This document shows positions 25,850-38,466 of a stretch of DNA of 64,000 nucleotides, in pieces (positions within the stretch are counted from its first letter, which is position 1; every line of letters begins with the position of its first letter). This stretch comes from Lama guanicoe. Its lineage: Eukaryota. A program made the position numbers and the translations under genes. Location: NCBI GenBank assembly GCA_013239625.1, contig MU054220.1:9025367-9089366 (forward strand). The letters are read 5' to 3'. A model generated the notes under the pieces. The model was not told where the DNA came from and did not search any database. It saw only the letters and a program-made list of their open reading frames with translations.

Positions 25850-26085
25850 ATAATAATAGCACAGGATTAAGTGATCTAAGCATTTGTGTGTGTGTGTGTG
25901 TGTAAATTCAGTTATCCTTACAACATCTCCATGTGCTAGATTCTAGTATTTTCTGCATTTTGCAGATGAGGAAATCAAAGCACACATTAGTTAAGGAACT
26001 TGCCCGATGTCACAAAACTACCAAATGGAAGGGCTGAGATAAAAATTGAAGCTCTCAGGCTCCCAAGTCTGTGTTCTTTAATAGT
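25850..26085 (-). mobile_element. MIR SINE containing a short (TG)n
   Basis: cattttgcagatgaggaaatcaaagcacacattagttaaggaacttgcccgatgtcaca. Confidence 0.85.
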
Positions 26086-26186
26086 GTGTTATAATTTCTT
26101 TTATAAAAGTCTTCCCAGTAAATCTCTTTTATTTATTTTTTTGGGAAATAGGATTTACTGACAAAGAACCTATGTCACCCTTGCTA

Positions 26187-26971
26187 TGCAGCCCAGGCCC
26201 TGGGGGCAGAAACTGTTTTTAACCATGCAGGCTAATTGTGTTTTAACAGGATGCCACAAAGGCCCGCAATAAAACCAGACTGAACGAAGGGGCTAGATCC
26301 AAGATAGAGGGGAAAGTAGGCTAAAGGTCACCCCTTTCCTCGCCTTGATTTATCTTAGTGTTTCCATACCAACCCCTGACAGCTGAAAGACACTTGCCCT
26401 GATTTATCTGTGTTTGTTTCAAAAGTACCTGGTGTTTGTCAGAGATGCTTTGCAACTATACTTTGAGAGATATATGCCTCTAGAGATAGACAGTGCTCAA
26501 CATCCCTGAACCAGCTCTGACTTAACCACAGGAACATGCCTGTGCAGATGAAACCTAGAGGTGTCTGGCAGTTACCTTTGCTTCATTACTATGCTAAGAT
26601 CTCCACTCAAAGGGGGGATTTGTACTATGCTAGCCACAACTTGTGCCCAGGGCAAGGGAGCCTGAGAGACTGCAGATATACCAGTTACTCCTGGAAATTT
26701 CTGCCCTATTCCCCAGTTTCTGATGATGCATTTGCCTCCTGCTCCCTAAAAGTCCCCCACTCTCCTTCCTTCTAGGAGAAGATGCCTTTAGTGTATGAAC
26801 CCTCCACTCCCATTTTCTGGCCATTAAATAGAAGCCTGACTTGCTTGCACCAAGCTCAGTTTCGTTGTTGGCAACACAAAACTGAGCAGAAGAGAACTGC
26901 CTGACCGAGCCAGGGAGGCTTCAGTTCAACCAGGACCCCAAGAGAAGGGCCTTATAGCTAATTTCTTAACA
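26187..26971 (+). mobile_element. ERV1-type solo LTR (785 bp) with 4-bp TSD GCTA
   Basis: TG...CA termini flanked by gcta at 26183-26186 and 26972-26975; ATTAAA at about 26823 followed by a U5-like segment. Confidence 0.75.
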
Positions 26972-27326
26972 GCTAGATCTTTGCTCCACACTTCCTAGTT
27001 GCTCAGTGACTTGGAACAAGATTTGTAACCTTTCCAGTCTCATTGCCCATGCAAAATGAACACACTTCAAAGCTAGCTACCACTTCTAAACTATTACATT
27101 AGATAATTCGTATGAAAACACTCAGCCCAATTAGACAAAAATATTCAATAAAATTGAGCTTGCTTTCTTCTTTCATTTGAAAATCTTCATAAAGAAAACC
27201 TGTTTCCGCTTTAAGAGTGTTTTCTAACTTTATGTTGTAAGACACATACCTATGTAAATACCTAACCTTTATACCAGATGCCTCCATGCTTAACTAATCT
27301 CCAGCCCAAGCACAACTTTCAAGTCT

Positions 27327-27728
27327 TTTAATCACACAATGCCTTCCTTGATTCTTTTTCATAGTTTAAAGAAGTAGAAATGAAGAGTAAGTAATGAACA
27401 GAAAACTAGTCCTTTCTCCCAGCTTCCCATTCAGCTATGTCTCAAGCAGACTGTGTGAACAAGATAGCATCTAAAAAGGTCACAAAGAGTCAACAAGCCT
27501 GCACGCAGTGGGAGGTGGCAAAGAATGATTAGCTGAGATTGCTTCCCCTTTTTCCCTTTAAAATCTTTCAAGGCCAAGCAGTCTTTGGAGTTGGTTCTGG
27601 GACGTGAGTCCACCTTCTTCCCAGGTTGCCAGTCTCCTGAATAAGGCCACCTTTCCTTTTCCAGTGAACACTTGCTTCTTGAATATTGGCTTTTGAGTGG
27701 CAAGCAGCTGAACCCAAGTTCAGTAACA
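27327..27728 (+). mobile_element. ERV1-type solo LTR (402 bp) with 4-bp TSD GTCT
   Basis: gtct at 27323-27326 and 27729-27732; ends cagtaaca; 5' TG apparently mutated to TT; homologous to 11280-11711. Confidence 0.8.
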
Positions 27729-27859
27729 GTCTGGAATCGTTCGTTATTTATTTCTTTTACTCTCACATCTCATCCATTAGCAAGCTGTGCCACCTCTTCA
27801 GGAAAGTTTTCAGAAACCAAATCATTTAATTGTAACAATACTCCCAGCCCTGGGGTTCC

Positions 27860-28120
27860 TCCCTTCTTTTAAAATTTTCTACCTAGAATACATCATCACC
27901 TAATATGCTATATGACCAACTTACGTATTTGGTTTGTGTGCTCCATCTTCAATTCAACAAGCCCCTTCACAGTCCTAATGGAAGATAAGCTGCATGAACA
28001 ATTTTGTTTTGACACTATTTGTTTTTTTTAACTGATTTTACTCTATATTCAGGCTATGGAACACTGCCTGGCACACAGGAGGTAATCAATAAATATTTGT
28101 TGAATTAACAAATTAATTAA
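27860..28120 (+). mobile_element. L2 3' end
   Basis: gaacactgcctggcacacaggaggtaatcaataaatatttgttgaattaa. Confidence 0.8.
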
Positions 28121-28299
28121 CCATGTCATTTAATTATTGAATAAGTAACAGAATAATCTTTATTTCAAATTTATGTGGATAAAGCCTGTTTTAGGATTAA
28201 AGCACAAATAAAGTACACCGAGAACTTTTCTCTCATACATTTGCAAAATTCTGCCTTTTCCTCCCCTTTAATGGCAAAATAATAATAGTATTTTCTTAC

Positions 28300-28555
28300 T
28301 TTGGAAACAGAGTAAGAGCATGTCTCTGAGTCTTTTGCTCTTTTCTTTCATATTGAAACAACCCCACCTTGTGGAGTGAAAGGTAAATTTGCTGAAGGCT
28401 CAAATACAGTGGCAGCGTTTTTGCAACTACAGATACAAACGGCATTGTGTACCTTTGGCCCTTTGAAGTCTCCATTGATTTCTAAATGTGTCATAATTGC
28501 AGTGGGTAGAGGTGCTGGGGACACAGGCTGTTTACTGTCCCAATAGAGCCACTCC
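28300..28555 (-). pseudogene. Candidate exon 3 (256 nt) of the decayed minus-strand gene
   Basis: Acceptor catcaccttag|G and donor AAA|gtaaga; 68 open codons (EWLYWDSKQPVSPAPLPTAIMTHLEINGDFKGPKVHNAVCICSCKNAATVFEPSANLPFTPQGGVVSI), one TGA at 28350-28348, then KKRAKDSETCSYSVSK ending in phase 0. Confidence 0.45.
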
Positions 28556-31102
28556 CTAAGGTGATGTTTGAACAGCAGACTTAAGTGATTTTCTTTTTTG
28601 GATTAAAATATATATAATTCCTTTGCCTCACAGTTGTGCCAGAATATTGGTATTTGTTCTATTTTGTTTCCCTAGAGGAAAACCACAGTTTCTCATAAAA
28701 TGTCTGTGCTTTTTAAGAGGTGTAACTATACAATTACAGAGCAAACCCCAGACTGGTACTGCTAACCAAGATGGAAAGTTCTGGATTGACTAGGGAAATC
28801 ACTGACTATATCCTGGGGCAATACTGACTAACCAGAAACTCTTACTAAGAAATAAGATTTTCTGGGTTATATTGTACCTTCAGCAGTACAAGTTCCAATT
28901 TAAGTTAAAAGTGTTCTAAGGAAATAGCCACTATTCACACAATGCTAACCACCTTGGAAGCTACTTTTTTTGATAAATGGACTATAGCAAGTAACACACT
29001 AAAACTGCAACTTTAGATTTAAATAAATAATATCCCTAAGTATTATTCACTGAAAATTATGTTTGGGTTAGAAACCATTTGCTTTATTTTTAAGAAACAT
29101 AGAAATGAGAAAATTTATGCACAGAATGCTATTTTTTTAAATAATTTTTGAAGTAATAATTTTGAAATAATTCTTCCTTCAAATTTTTACATTGATATTT
29201 GCAAGTAATTTCTCATAGAAACAAATTTTACTCAAAGTTCCAGTATCTTAAAAAATATATTCTAATTTTCCATGTCACTCCCGATTCATGTCATACAAAA
29301 GTAATTTTATATAGTTAAATGTTCATATGTAGTTTACATTTTAGTCTTCACCATTAACATTTATAGTAAATATGTTTGGCACTGTAAGCAGTCTTTATTT
29401 CTAAGTAATATTTCTTTACTTTAAAATATTGTATACAATAACTCCTCCATTTAAAAATCATTTCTGATTTCTTACTACCATAATAAAAGTATAAGTTATT
29501 ACCATTTTTATGATTGTATTTTTCTTTATGAAAGTTATTGAATAAAACCAAAAAAAAAAAAAAGAGTGGAATAAGCACACATCATATTTAAACCTAGCGT
29601 CCATGCATAAGAATGTTTCAGTTACTAGAGAGCAAGCTTTTCTCACTAATAACCCAGTCCAGTGCTTGTGGATCAAACTAAGATCATAAGGGCCATTGTA
29701 GTTGATCTAGTCTTTTCCTTCAGGATGGTAAATACAAGCAAAATCTCAAGAGTAAGGGGTCTAGCATAGATTTCCAATACTCATAAACACTAAGGTGGGT
29801 AGTTGAACAGTTAGATCCAACAGTGTATGTGAAGCATTTTGAACTATGTCTGGCACACAAGCATTCAATAAATGTTAGCTGTTATTACTACATTTCTTTA
29901 GATCTACATCTATTCAAAGGTAGAACTATTCTCTTTGGATGCCTTATTCATTTTCAAAAGTTCTATATTATTATTATCTAATTGGAGCAATAAGAGATTT
30001 TGCAAAGAACATCTCCAACAAAGGTATACATAGCTGGGGCTAGAATTTAATCATGGAAAACACTGTTCTTCTTTCCACCACAGTTGATGAAAATGTGAAA
30101 TAAATTCATTATTCCTGAATTATAATAAATTCTAAATTGTAGAATCAAAAATACTACAAGTGGATTTTTACATTTCAGGTAAAATTATGAGACAATCTTA
30201 CAGTCTAGAGGCCAAAAAAAAAGAAAAAGAAAAAAAATTTTAATATTCGTATCAAAAGATTGCTTAAATAAACATAAATTTGAGATTACTATAATTTTGA
30301 AGGAAATGAATTACAAGGCTTTAGACATAAAATGGTATTATGGTAACCTTCAGAATCCATAACTCTCTAAACTTCATTTTATTAAACATTATTAATTCCA
30401 TGGTGATGGCAGGCTCTTCCCCTGTGGTGAGTGAGCAAACAAAGATGATAAAAGTCAACCAAGAGTCCAGGAACACTGTATGAGTTCTATTAATTTACTT
30501 TCATGGTATATTTTAGTTATTTTTAAAGTTCTCTTAACATTTGACAGTAAGTACACATTACTAGACATGACTGTGAGATACCAACTGTACCATGGCTATG
30601 AATTATTTGAAGAAAAGAAGAATAAGTGGTATAAATTTTATATAAACGTAACTGATTAACAGGTTCATATCTAGTATTTCCAGGAAAGTTTAGGCCTGCA
30701 AACACAAATTATGTAATCACTAAATCAGCCCCACCCTTGCCACTCATTTCTTAGCAATCCTCCTTTCCACAGCAGTTTTTGGTGTGATTTTTAACAACTA
30801 AAATAGTGCTCTTTCATTTTCAGATTCCAATTTAAGTAGCAATGTAATCACATCAGAGATTTAATGAAAAATGTCTCTCTAATTTTCTCATACACAGCAT
30901 GACTGTAACATGAGACTGCTGTGTTCTCTATGAGCTCAGAGGTCATCACAAGGCCTTCTCAAAGGCATTTCAGATGCAGACAAATAAAGCCCTTTAACAT
31001 TTTCAGGCAACCTTGCTGAAAGCCAGTACAGTGTTGTACTTAAGAGTGTGAACCGTGGAGCCTGACCACAGGAGTTCTTGCCCAGTTCTATTATGATCCA
31101 GT

Positions 31103-31296
31103 TGTTTTTCTTCCAGCTTTATTGAGGTATAATTGACATATAAATACTGTGTGGTATAACATGATCTATATATACTGTGAAACGATTACTACACTCAAGC
31201 TAAGTAACATACCCACCACCTCACACAGCTTCCTTCTTGTGTGTGAGTGGGTGTGTGTGGTGAGAAAATTTAAGATCTCTTCCAGCAAATTTCAGT
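31103..31296 (-). mobile_element. L1MA-like 3' end adjoining a MIR head (about 31030-31100)
   Basis: ccagctttattgaggtataattgacata...caagctaagtaacatacccaccacctcacacag...gtgagaaaatttaagatct. Confidence 0.85.
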
Positions 31297-33541
31297 AGAT
31301 TCTGGAAGTGGAGAAAGAAGCTTCAGCTCCCGAGGGGAGGAGCCGGTGAAGAACGTGTGGCCATTTGGAACCCATCCTGCTGCTGTCCAGTGACAGGTTC
31401 TATTGCCATGTCTCTTCTTGGGCACCACCTTTACGATTTTTAAATGTGGGATCACAGCTAGGGGCTTGTAGGACAACCTCATTTTCTTTGGACTCATTCT
31501 TCAACGAGTCTGACTAGAGATTGGCTTGAGACCCCTCTTCTAGGTCGGGGCCCTGGGAAAAGGCACAGGTGTCAAGCTCCTAAGCCTTGCTCTAGGCCTG
31601 AGAGAAAACTGAAGGGAGGCTCTCCTTTCCAGAGTCGAGAAACTGAGTTTTCCAAGTCTTGCGATTAACACAGGAAAGGGAAATGCATGGGAAACAGAAA
31701 TATCTAAGATGGGAAATAGTCACTGCCCCTTGCTCCTCTCTCCATGGACACTGTCCAGGGAAGACAATCTCTGCCTTGCTCTGCCAGTTCCTGTATTACA
31801 AGGAACAAAAGCCTAAGTTTCATCTCCTCAAGCTGATCAATGGAGATTCAGGACAGTTCCTGTTAGTTTTATTCACGAGTGACACCACACAGGAGTAGAC
31901 AAAAGGTAAAATGAAAAACAAAAGTAAAAAGAAATGGATGCAAAAAGCATTTATGTAAATAGCCCAAGAGTCATAGTAGATATGCATTTATCTAATACAT
32001 TTACTTATTAATGCTGATGATTTACCTTGGTCAAGTACCACTTGAGTATCAATCCTTTCATTAGACACCAAGGAAAAGGTTGTTTGTTATCTCCTGGGAT
32101 AGAGGGTCTCTTAAAAGTGTTTATTGAATGGCTGTACCTAAATTCACAATTTCTAATAGCAGATATGGAGATAAAAAATGAACTTAAGTCCACAGCGAAG
32201 ATTCCACAAACAAGCCTATAAAGCATTTTACAAAGGGCAACACGAGGTGTGCACTTGAGCTATCTGTGATGAATTCCTCCTTATAATATTTTTAAAAAGG
32301 CCATCTTTGCTTTCTTGTAAAGTTTGCTTCTTTAGATTTAATTTTCAAAGGGCACTCACTCAGCATGTTGACCTTCAGTTAGGCTTCCTTTTTCCTGAAC
32401 TTCTTTGCTATCAAAATTATGTCCCCAAAGCCCAGTTTTCATTTCCCCCAACCACACACGTTTCCCAACGCAACTGTTAAAGAGTAGATGAAATTCCTCA
32501 TAAAAAAGAAGAAACATGTGTATGTGTACATGTGTATTTCTCTCACTTGAACTATTCCATAAATGAGTATCTCATGATATTCTTTCTTTGCAATATAATT
32601 TTATTACAATTTGGCAAACAACCCCCAAGACCTTCACCACGGACAAGAAGGCCACTCCAGGCTTGTCAGCTCAAACTCAGTGAGACAAATGACCATTTTT
32701 AAATACCTGCAACACTTTCATGCCAAGAGAGAAATATGCCTTTCATGTCTAGTATAAATAGCACAGAAACGATGGAAAGAGTCCTTCAGGTCAGTACGAG
32801 CCAGCTCCAACACACAACTGAACCTAATCCACATCTTAAAAGTATGGCAACATACCTTCACTAGGGGAACATAGAAATTAATAATCAAAGCTTAGAGAAA
32901 CTCTTTTTTTTTTTGAAGAATACTCAAAATGCAACAGGCTTCATTTACTTAAAGCTCTGTGTTAGCTTTATATCAGGGTGTCAACAAATTTCTTACACTA
33001 AATTACCTAAGGCTTATACTGTGAATCTGGATGAAATTCCAAATATCCTTCTGAATTATATGTTAAAAGAAAGGAATTGAGAATCATTTTTAATGAAAAA
33101 AAAATCAACCTTATCTTTAAAGCTAGCGGCATAATTATTCTTCCTCTTCACGTCTCCTGTAACAGTAAGAGAAAAGTACCGATTTCAAACTTTATTTCTT
33201 TCTTCTTCCCCCATTTAGGTACCCTGTAGTGTTTCCTCTGTACCTACTGTTATTAATTTATCAGGCACTTATGATTTATCACCTGAATTAAGACATATTC
33301 TTCTAACTGGTCCTCCTACCTCCAAGCCATATTTTTTATAATCTCTACACATGTTGTAGAAAAATTTTTTTCTGGAACAAAAAAGTATCATAATGATCCT
33401 CTGCTTAAAATTCTTCACTATTTTCTCATTCCCTTCACTGCATATAAAGATTTTCTAGCCCAAAAGAGAAGAACCTCAATGATATGATCTGGGCTTCTTT
33501 GTCTCTTCCCTTATCCAAAACCAAGCTCACCACATGCTCTC

Positions 33542-34450
33542 TGTGGTAGGTCAACTGCCTGATATACCCAATTTCCACACCTTCTTGTACACATGCATTT
33601 GTAAATGATCTCCCACACTGACTTTGGACTTAATTAGCCATGTGACTTGTTTTGGCCAACAGGACAAAGCAAACTTGGTGCAAGTACATGCTTGAAAAAA
33701 TGTTTGCATATTTCTACCTCCATCCTTGGATCCCTGGGAATATGCCCAGGTGTACTTACTGGGGGCTGAAAGACACAGACTAGGGACATTGTCCCCGACA
33801 TCTTAGTCAATAACAAGGAAACCACAAAACACTCACATGTGTCCCAAGTTGAGACCAAAAGAAATGGTCAAATTATACCAATATCATTTCTAGACTCGTG
33901 AATATTAGTAAATCACTATCATTTATGGATCTGAGTAATGAAACATTATTGCAATAGGAGCTAAGTGACATAGAAATTGGCATCGGATATAGAGTGCTAC
34001 CATTAAAAACCCCAATAATATGTTTCATTTGCTTTGGGATGGGCATTGGACAAAGTAGAAAAATACTGAGAATGCTCCTGAAAATTTTGATATAGTTGCA
34101 AAACAAAACAATTGGCATAACTGTCACTTGCAATAAGTTGGAAGACATAAAATGTATCCAATAAACTTTTGGAATTGAGCAACAAGGTTTCCAGGCAGAA
34201 AGTGAAAAGAGGGATCTGGTTCTTAAGAGTTGTATATGTATATGAGATAGGAGAGCCAGTAGCTTCTGTACTGATGATAAAATGGTTTCTCAACTCCAAA
34301 TTCTCCATTGGAAAAACAACTCTCAGAGTAAAATACCTGGGGACAAAAATCAAATTAAGAATGACTCACCTAACTAGTTAAACAGACTTCTTGAAGTCTT
34401 AAAGGCATTATGCTATTGTAGCCAGTGATAATCCAAAATATTACTAATAA
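33542..34450 (+). mobile_element. MLT1 LTR (to about 33972) plus adjacent MaLR internal sequence
   Basis: tgtggtagg...gccatgtgacttgttttggccaa...gcaataggagctaagtgaca, then gaaattggcatc...ctttgggatggg...gcaaaaca..attggca...aaggtttccaggcagaaagtg (MLT-int motifs). Confidence 0.7.
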
Positions 34451-37279
34451 GTCTGGGGAGTCAGGTATGTCTCAATAAAAAATTCTTGGTGTGACACTTT
34501 CAGCATGGAATAGCATTATATCTGATTCTAAAACTATATTTCAGTTCATGAGGAATCATTGCTGCTAGACTATGTTTACTCATGCAATGAACATTTCTAC
34601 TGAAGCAACATTCTAAAAAAGACAGCAAAGCAAAGCAATGGAATATACAGCATCTCATTAAGTGCTATAGAAGCATTCATCCATCACTTGCTAAAGGAAA
34701 GACATTCATAGTTGGGTTGCCTTTAACAGATGTAATCAATACAATTGGTAATGAAAGTAGCAATCCAGTGGCAATATCCTGGGATGAAAAGCAAGTGCTT
34801 TGCTTAACAATAACAACAAAATGTCAGAAAAATTCCATCAATGAAAGACACTTTACTGAAAAATAAAAGCAAGAAATTCAAGCCCAGGTACTTTACTACA
34901 CATCGTCTCTGGATTTTCCTTCCTTTTTTATTACTGCCTTTACCTACACTGATGACTAGCAGCACTGGCTCTCACTTCTGGAATCTCACTGTGCTTTTTC
35001 TGCATTCCACAATCAGCATTCAGGACTGCAGTTATGGTTGGATGTGTGTTATCGTACAACAGTCTGTGCCCTTCAAAGGAGAGGCATATCTTTAAACCAC
35101 TGTATTTTCCGTTGTTCCTATGCCTGGCACACTTGAGGTGAGTGAATGTCAGTTGAATTAAACAACTATTTATGTATACATAGTATTAGCTTTTTCATAT
35201 TATTATAGCCAATTAGACTCTGTAAAAACAGGATAACATAATGATTAGGAACAAACTCTAGTCTCAGTGTTAAAATATTCATTCTTTCAGTTTTTAGGTT
35301 GGGCAAAACATTCAACTTCTCTAAATTTCATTTTTTCTTTTTCAAAATAAAATTAGTAATTATTTTAGGACTGTGAAGAATAAATGAAATAATACTTGAG
35401 TATTATTTAAACTAAGGAATTTTAAGGTATTATTATCATTAATTAGGTCCAACTCACAGTTAACTTCTAACAACTTCTCTAAGGGTAAAATTATATGGTA
35501 GAGACGAAAATGGTTAAGGATACTAACTATAATTGGCAATTTTCTTCATTTATTTAAAATCTGGGGATATGAAATCTTATTCATCTTCTGCATTAAAACA
35601 CACTGAGAAAAAAAATGACCAATATGTAGACTTTGACAACTTGTTAACATAAAGACAGTGCTTTGGATTTCAAAGCAGTTTCTCTTCACTGTAACCTGAC
35701 ACCTGGCTAAGATGAGTTATTAATTCCATTTCAATTATGAGAGATTATCTACTACTGGCAAAAGTATCTTCTATGGTTGCAGAGTCAGCTTCACCAGCCT
35801 GATGCCCGTCCCAGAAAAGCCAAATGAATAGCAGATTTTCTGAGGCACTTTCGAAACTTCTTACAATAAGCCCTGTATTTGCTTAAAGGTGTAATGTGCC
35901 ACCAATAATTGGACCAGTCTGAACTCTGCTAGTGTATGCAGCCTCTGCTCATATCATTCCTTCCCCCTAATTACCATTATTAGAGCTCCTTTGACTTTTT
36001 CAATTTACAATTCCAATGCACTGGTTTTTCAAAGCTGAGTAATTTTGATTGTCGTTCTCCAATCACAGATTAATTCTCTCAAGAATGAACTGGGAGATAC
36101 CTGGGAGAGTCTTCACCACAAAAACTGAGAGATGTTGAAGACAGAAAGTTAATCTATGGATAACCCACACACATGTAACATATATTTAACTTTAAAAAGC
36201 ATAGAGAGATACGTATGTATATATACCCACGTAAAAAATGTATTTAACTCATTGAAAACCCTGATTTACAATGTTTATGAACTATATCAGCTTCTTCCTA
36301 TGAAATAGGAACAAAACTAACCCAAACACTATATCTAACTTTATTTCCCAAAACACTATAGTAATTTAATTAATCGCTTATACTTAATGCTGAGGGTATC
36401 CCGTCCCTTTGTTCCATGTTGTTATATGCTTGTTTAAGATGGTAGCATCGGTGCTAAGTTAATTGAGCAGTTATTAAAGCAAAAGACCAAATTATTTTGG
36501 GCTCAGTCTAGTCCCTTGCTTGTATAGCCACAACCTGGCCTCAAACCCCTGCAACGTGCCATGATGGACACATATCAATCACCATGACACTAATTATCAC
36601 TAATGAGAATGTGACAGAGTCAGTATGTTGAACTGTAAATAAAAGTTAAAGTGCCATGCTTCAAAATGATTTTCCATGAGGACCACAGGTATACCAGTCT
36701 GTATTAATGAGTGACTACCTGGGCAGGACTGTCTCTTTGGAAGAACTCTAGTTTGAAATCCGCTGTAGTGCATGCAAAGTTTTAAGCCAAAACCGAATCA
36801 ATCAATCTGAAATCCTTTTCTAACTATGCGTTACTGACTTTCACAACTCTGAAATTCAGCTCCCTCATCTGTCACATGGAGGCTGATAAAAGCTCTCTTG
36901 TAAAGCTGTTATAAGACACACAGCTGGCACTTATTGGGGGCCTAGCAGAGAGGAGATGCTGAAGAAATGATCATTTTCAGATGCTGAGCTGAGACCTAGA
37001 AAACAGGACAGAACTTCACTACCAAAACGTCACATTTTGCAGGAAAAACAAGGCCTTTGAGAAAATTAGTTACATGAAGACTGGGAAGTTGGCTTCACAG
37101 GCTTCGTTCATAAACTATCCCAACAGCTGAATACAAAAATAAGTTGTAGAAAGTATACTTTACCATATACACTTGCAGTCATCTACCTCGAGTCTAAGGG
37201 TGAGACTGATATTTCTGAAATGCAGCTGATTATAAAACCAAAAGACAGATAAGTCCTCTGACTGTTGCCTTCGGGAAGT

Positions 37280-37495
37280 AAAAGATCTGAAAACCCAAGT
37301 TCAAATTCTGGTTCTGCCTCTAATTATTTGTATAACCTTGGGAAGACTGCTGTGCCTTTCGGGACTCCAGCTTTCTCATCTGTAAACTACTGCCAGCATA
37401 CTCACTCTGTAAGGATCTGTTACGATTAAATAAGGAAGTATATTTGAAATACCTGTGCAGTGCCCAGCACATGAGTGGACCTTGATAAACACTCA
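37280..37495 (+). mobile_element. MIR SINE
   Basis: gttcaaattctggttctgcc...taaccttggg...tttctcatctgtaaa...cagtgcccagcacatgagtggac. Confidence 0.8.
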
Positions 37496-38336
37496 GATCT
37501 ACTACAGAAGTGCACCTCCTCATCCACAAATGCTAACAGGATTGGGCCTAGAATTTGATATGGAATGAGGAGAAAACTGAATTTCAAGTGACTCCTCCAC
37601 TGTGGGCATATTATGTCGAGGGAAAGTGGTAAACTATGGATAATTGGATTCAGAAGCCATTTAAGGGCTTATTCCTCAAATAAACATTGGTTTGATTCTG
37701 GGAGCAGCTCAGTCCAACAAAAGAAAGGATAAAAATAAATATGATCATTAATAACTTTAACAGAAGGAAGAATGATACGACAACTTGTTTTCTTTTCCCC
37801 CCGTGAGGAATTGCCCCCAAATAAAAACAAAGAAGCTGATTGCTTTTCCTTCTGCAAGGGCAAAGGACAAATTCAGCTCGAGTGAAACTTCCTGAACTAA
37901 CTTCCCCCTCAACCATATGCAGCAGACGAAGCCCATCGATGGTGTGTGGAAGGGGCCATGAGAGGACAGGCTCCTACACACGGCTCAGTCTTAGCACCGT
38001 CATTCCTTCCTGCAACCATTTCCACAAGATTAAAGTCGGGAAGGGCTTGTCTGGGAAAGATGTAAATGAGAGAGGCTGGAGCTCAGCTGCGGGAAAGTAG
38101 AGGTAACATGCGAAATCGGCTTGCTGCATGTCATTTCATATGCATTTAATGTTTTGATATGCTATTGAGAAGAACTGCCAATGAAGTACTTCCCTGCTGC
38201 CACCGATAAGAATTTTAAAAAATTCCTCTTGAATTAGGTTACAGTGCATTTGCCTCCCTTACTGGAAAACTGTGTAGGTAGATTTTAAATTCTGGTCTCT
38301 TTCTGTCTCTAGATAGACAGACAGATCTAAATTGAC

Positions 38337-38419
38337 AGCTAGCTAGCTAGCTAGCTAGCTGGAATATATATATATATATATATATATACATACATACATA
38401 CATACATATACACACACAG

Positions 38420-38450
<31 letters not shown>

Positions 38451-38466
38451 CACACATACATATGTA
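38337..38466. repeat. Compound microsatellite (AGCT)6-(TA)n-(TACA)n-(CA)n-(TA)n
   Basis: Directly visible. Confidence 0.95.

Noticed and set aside
11280..27728. Single 16-kb provirus bounded by two related LTRs
   Set aside because: The LTRs are too diverged, the right copy has its own TSD, and no gag/pol/env or PBS lies between them.
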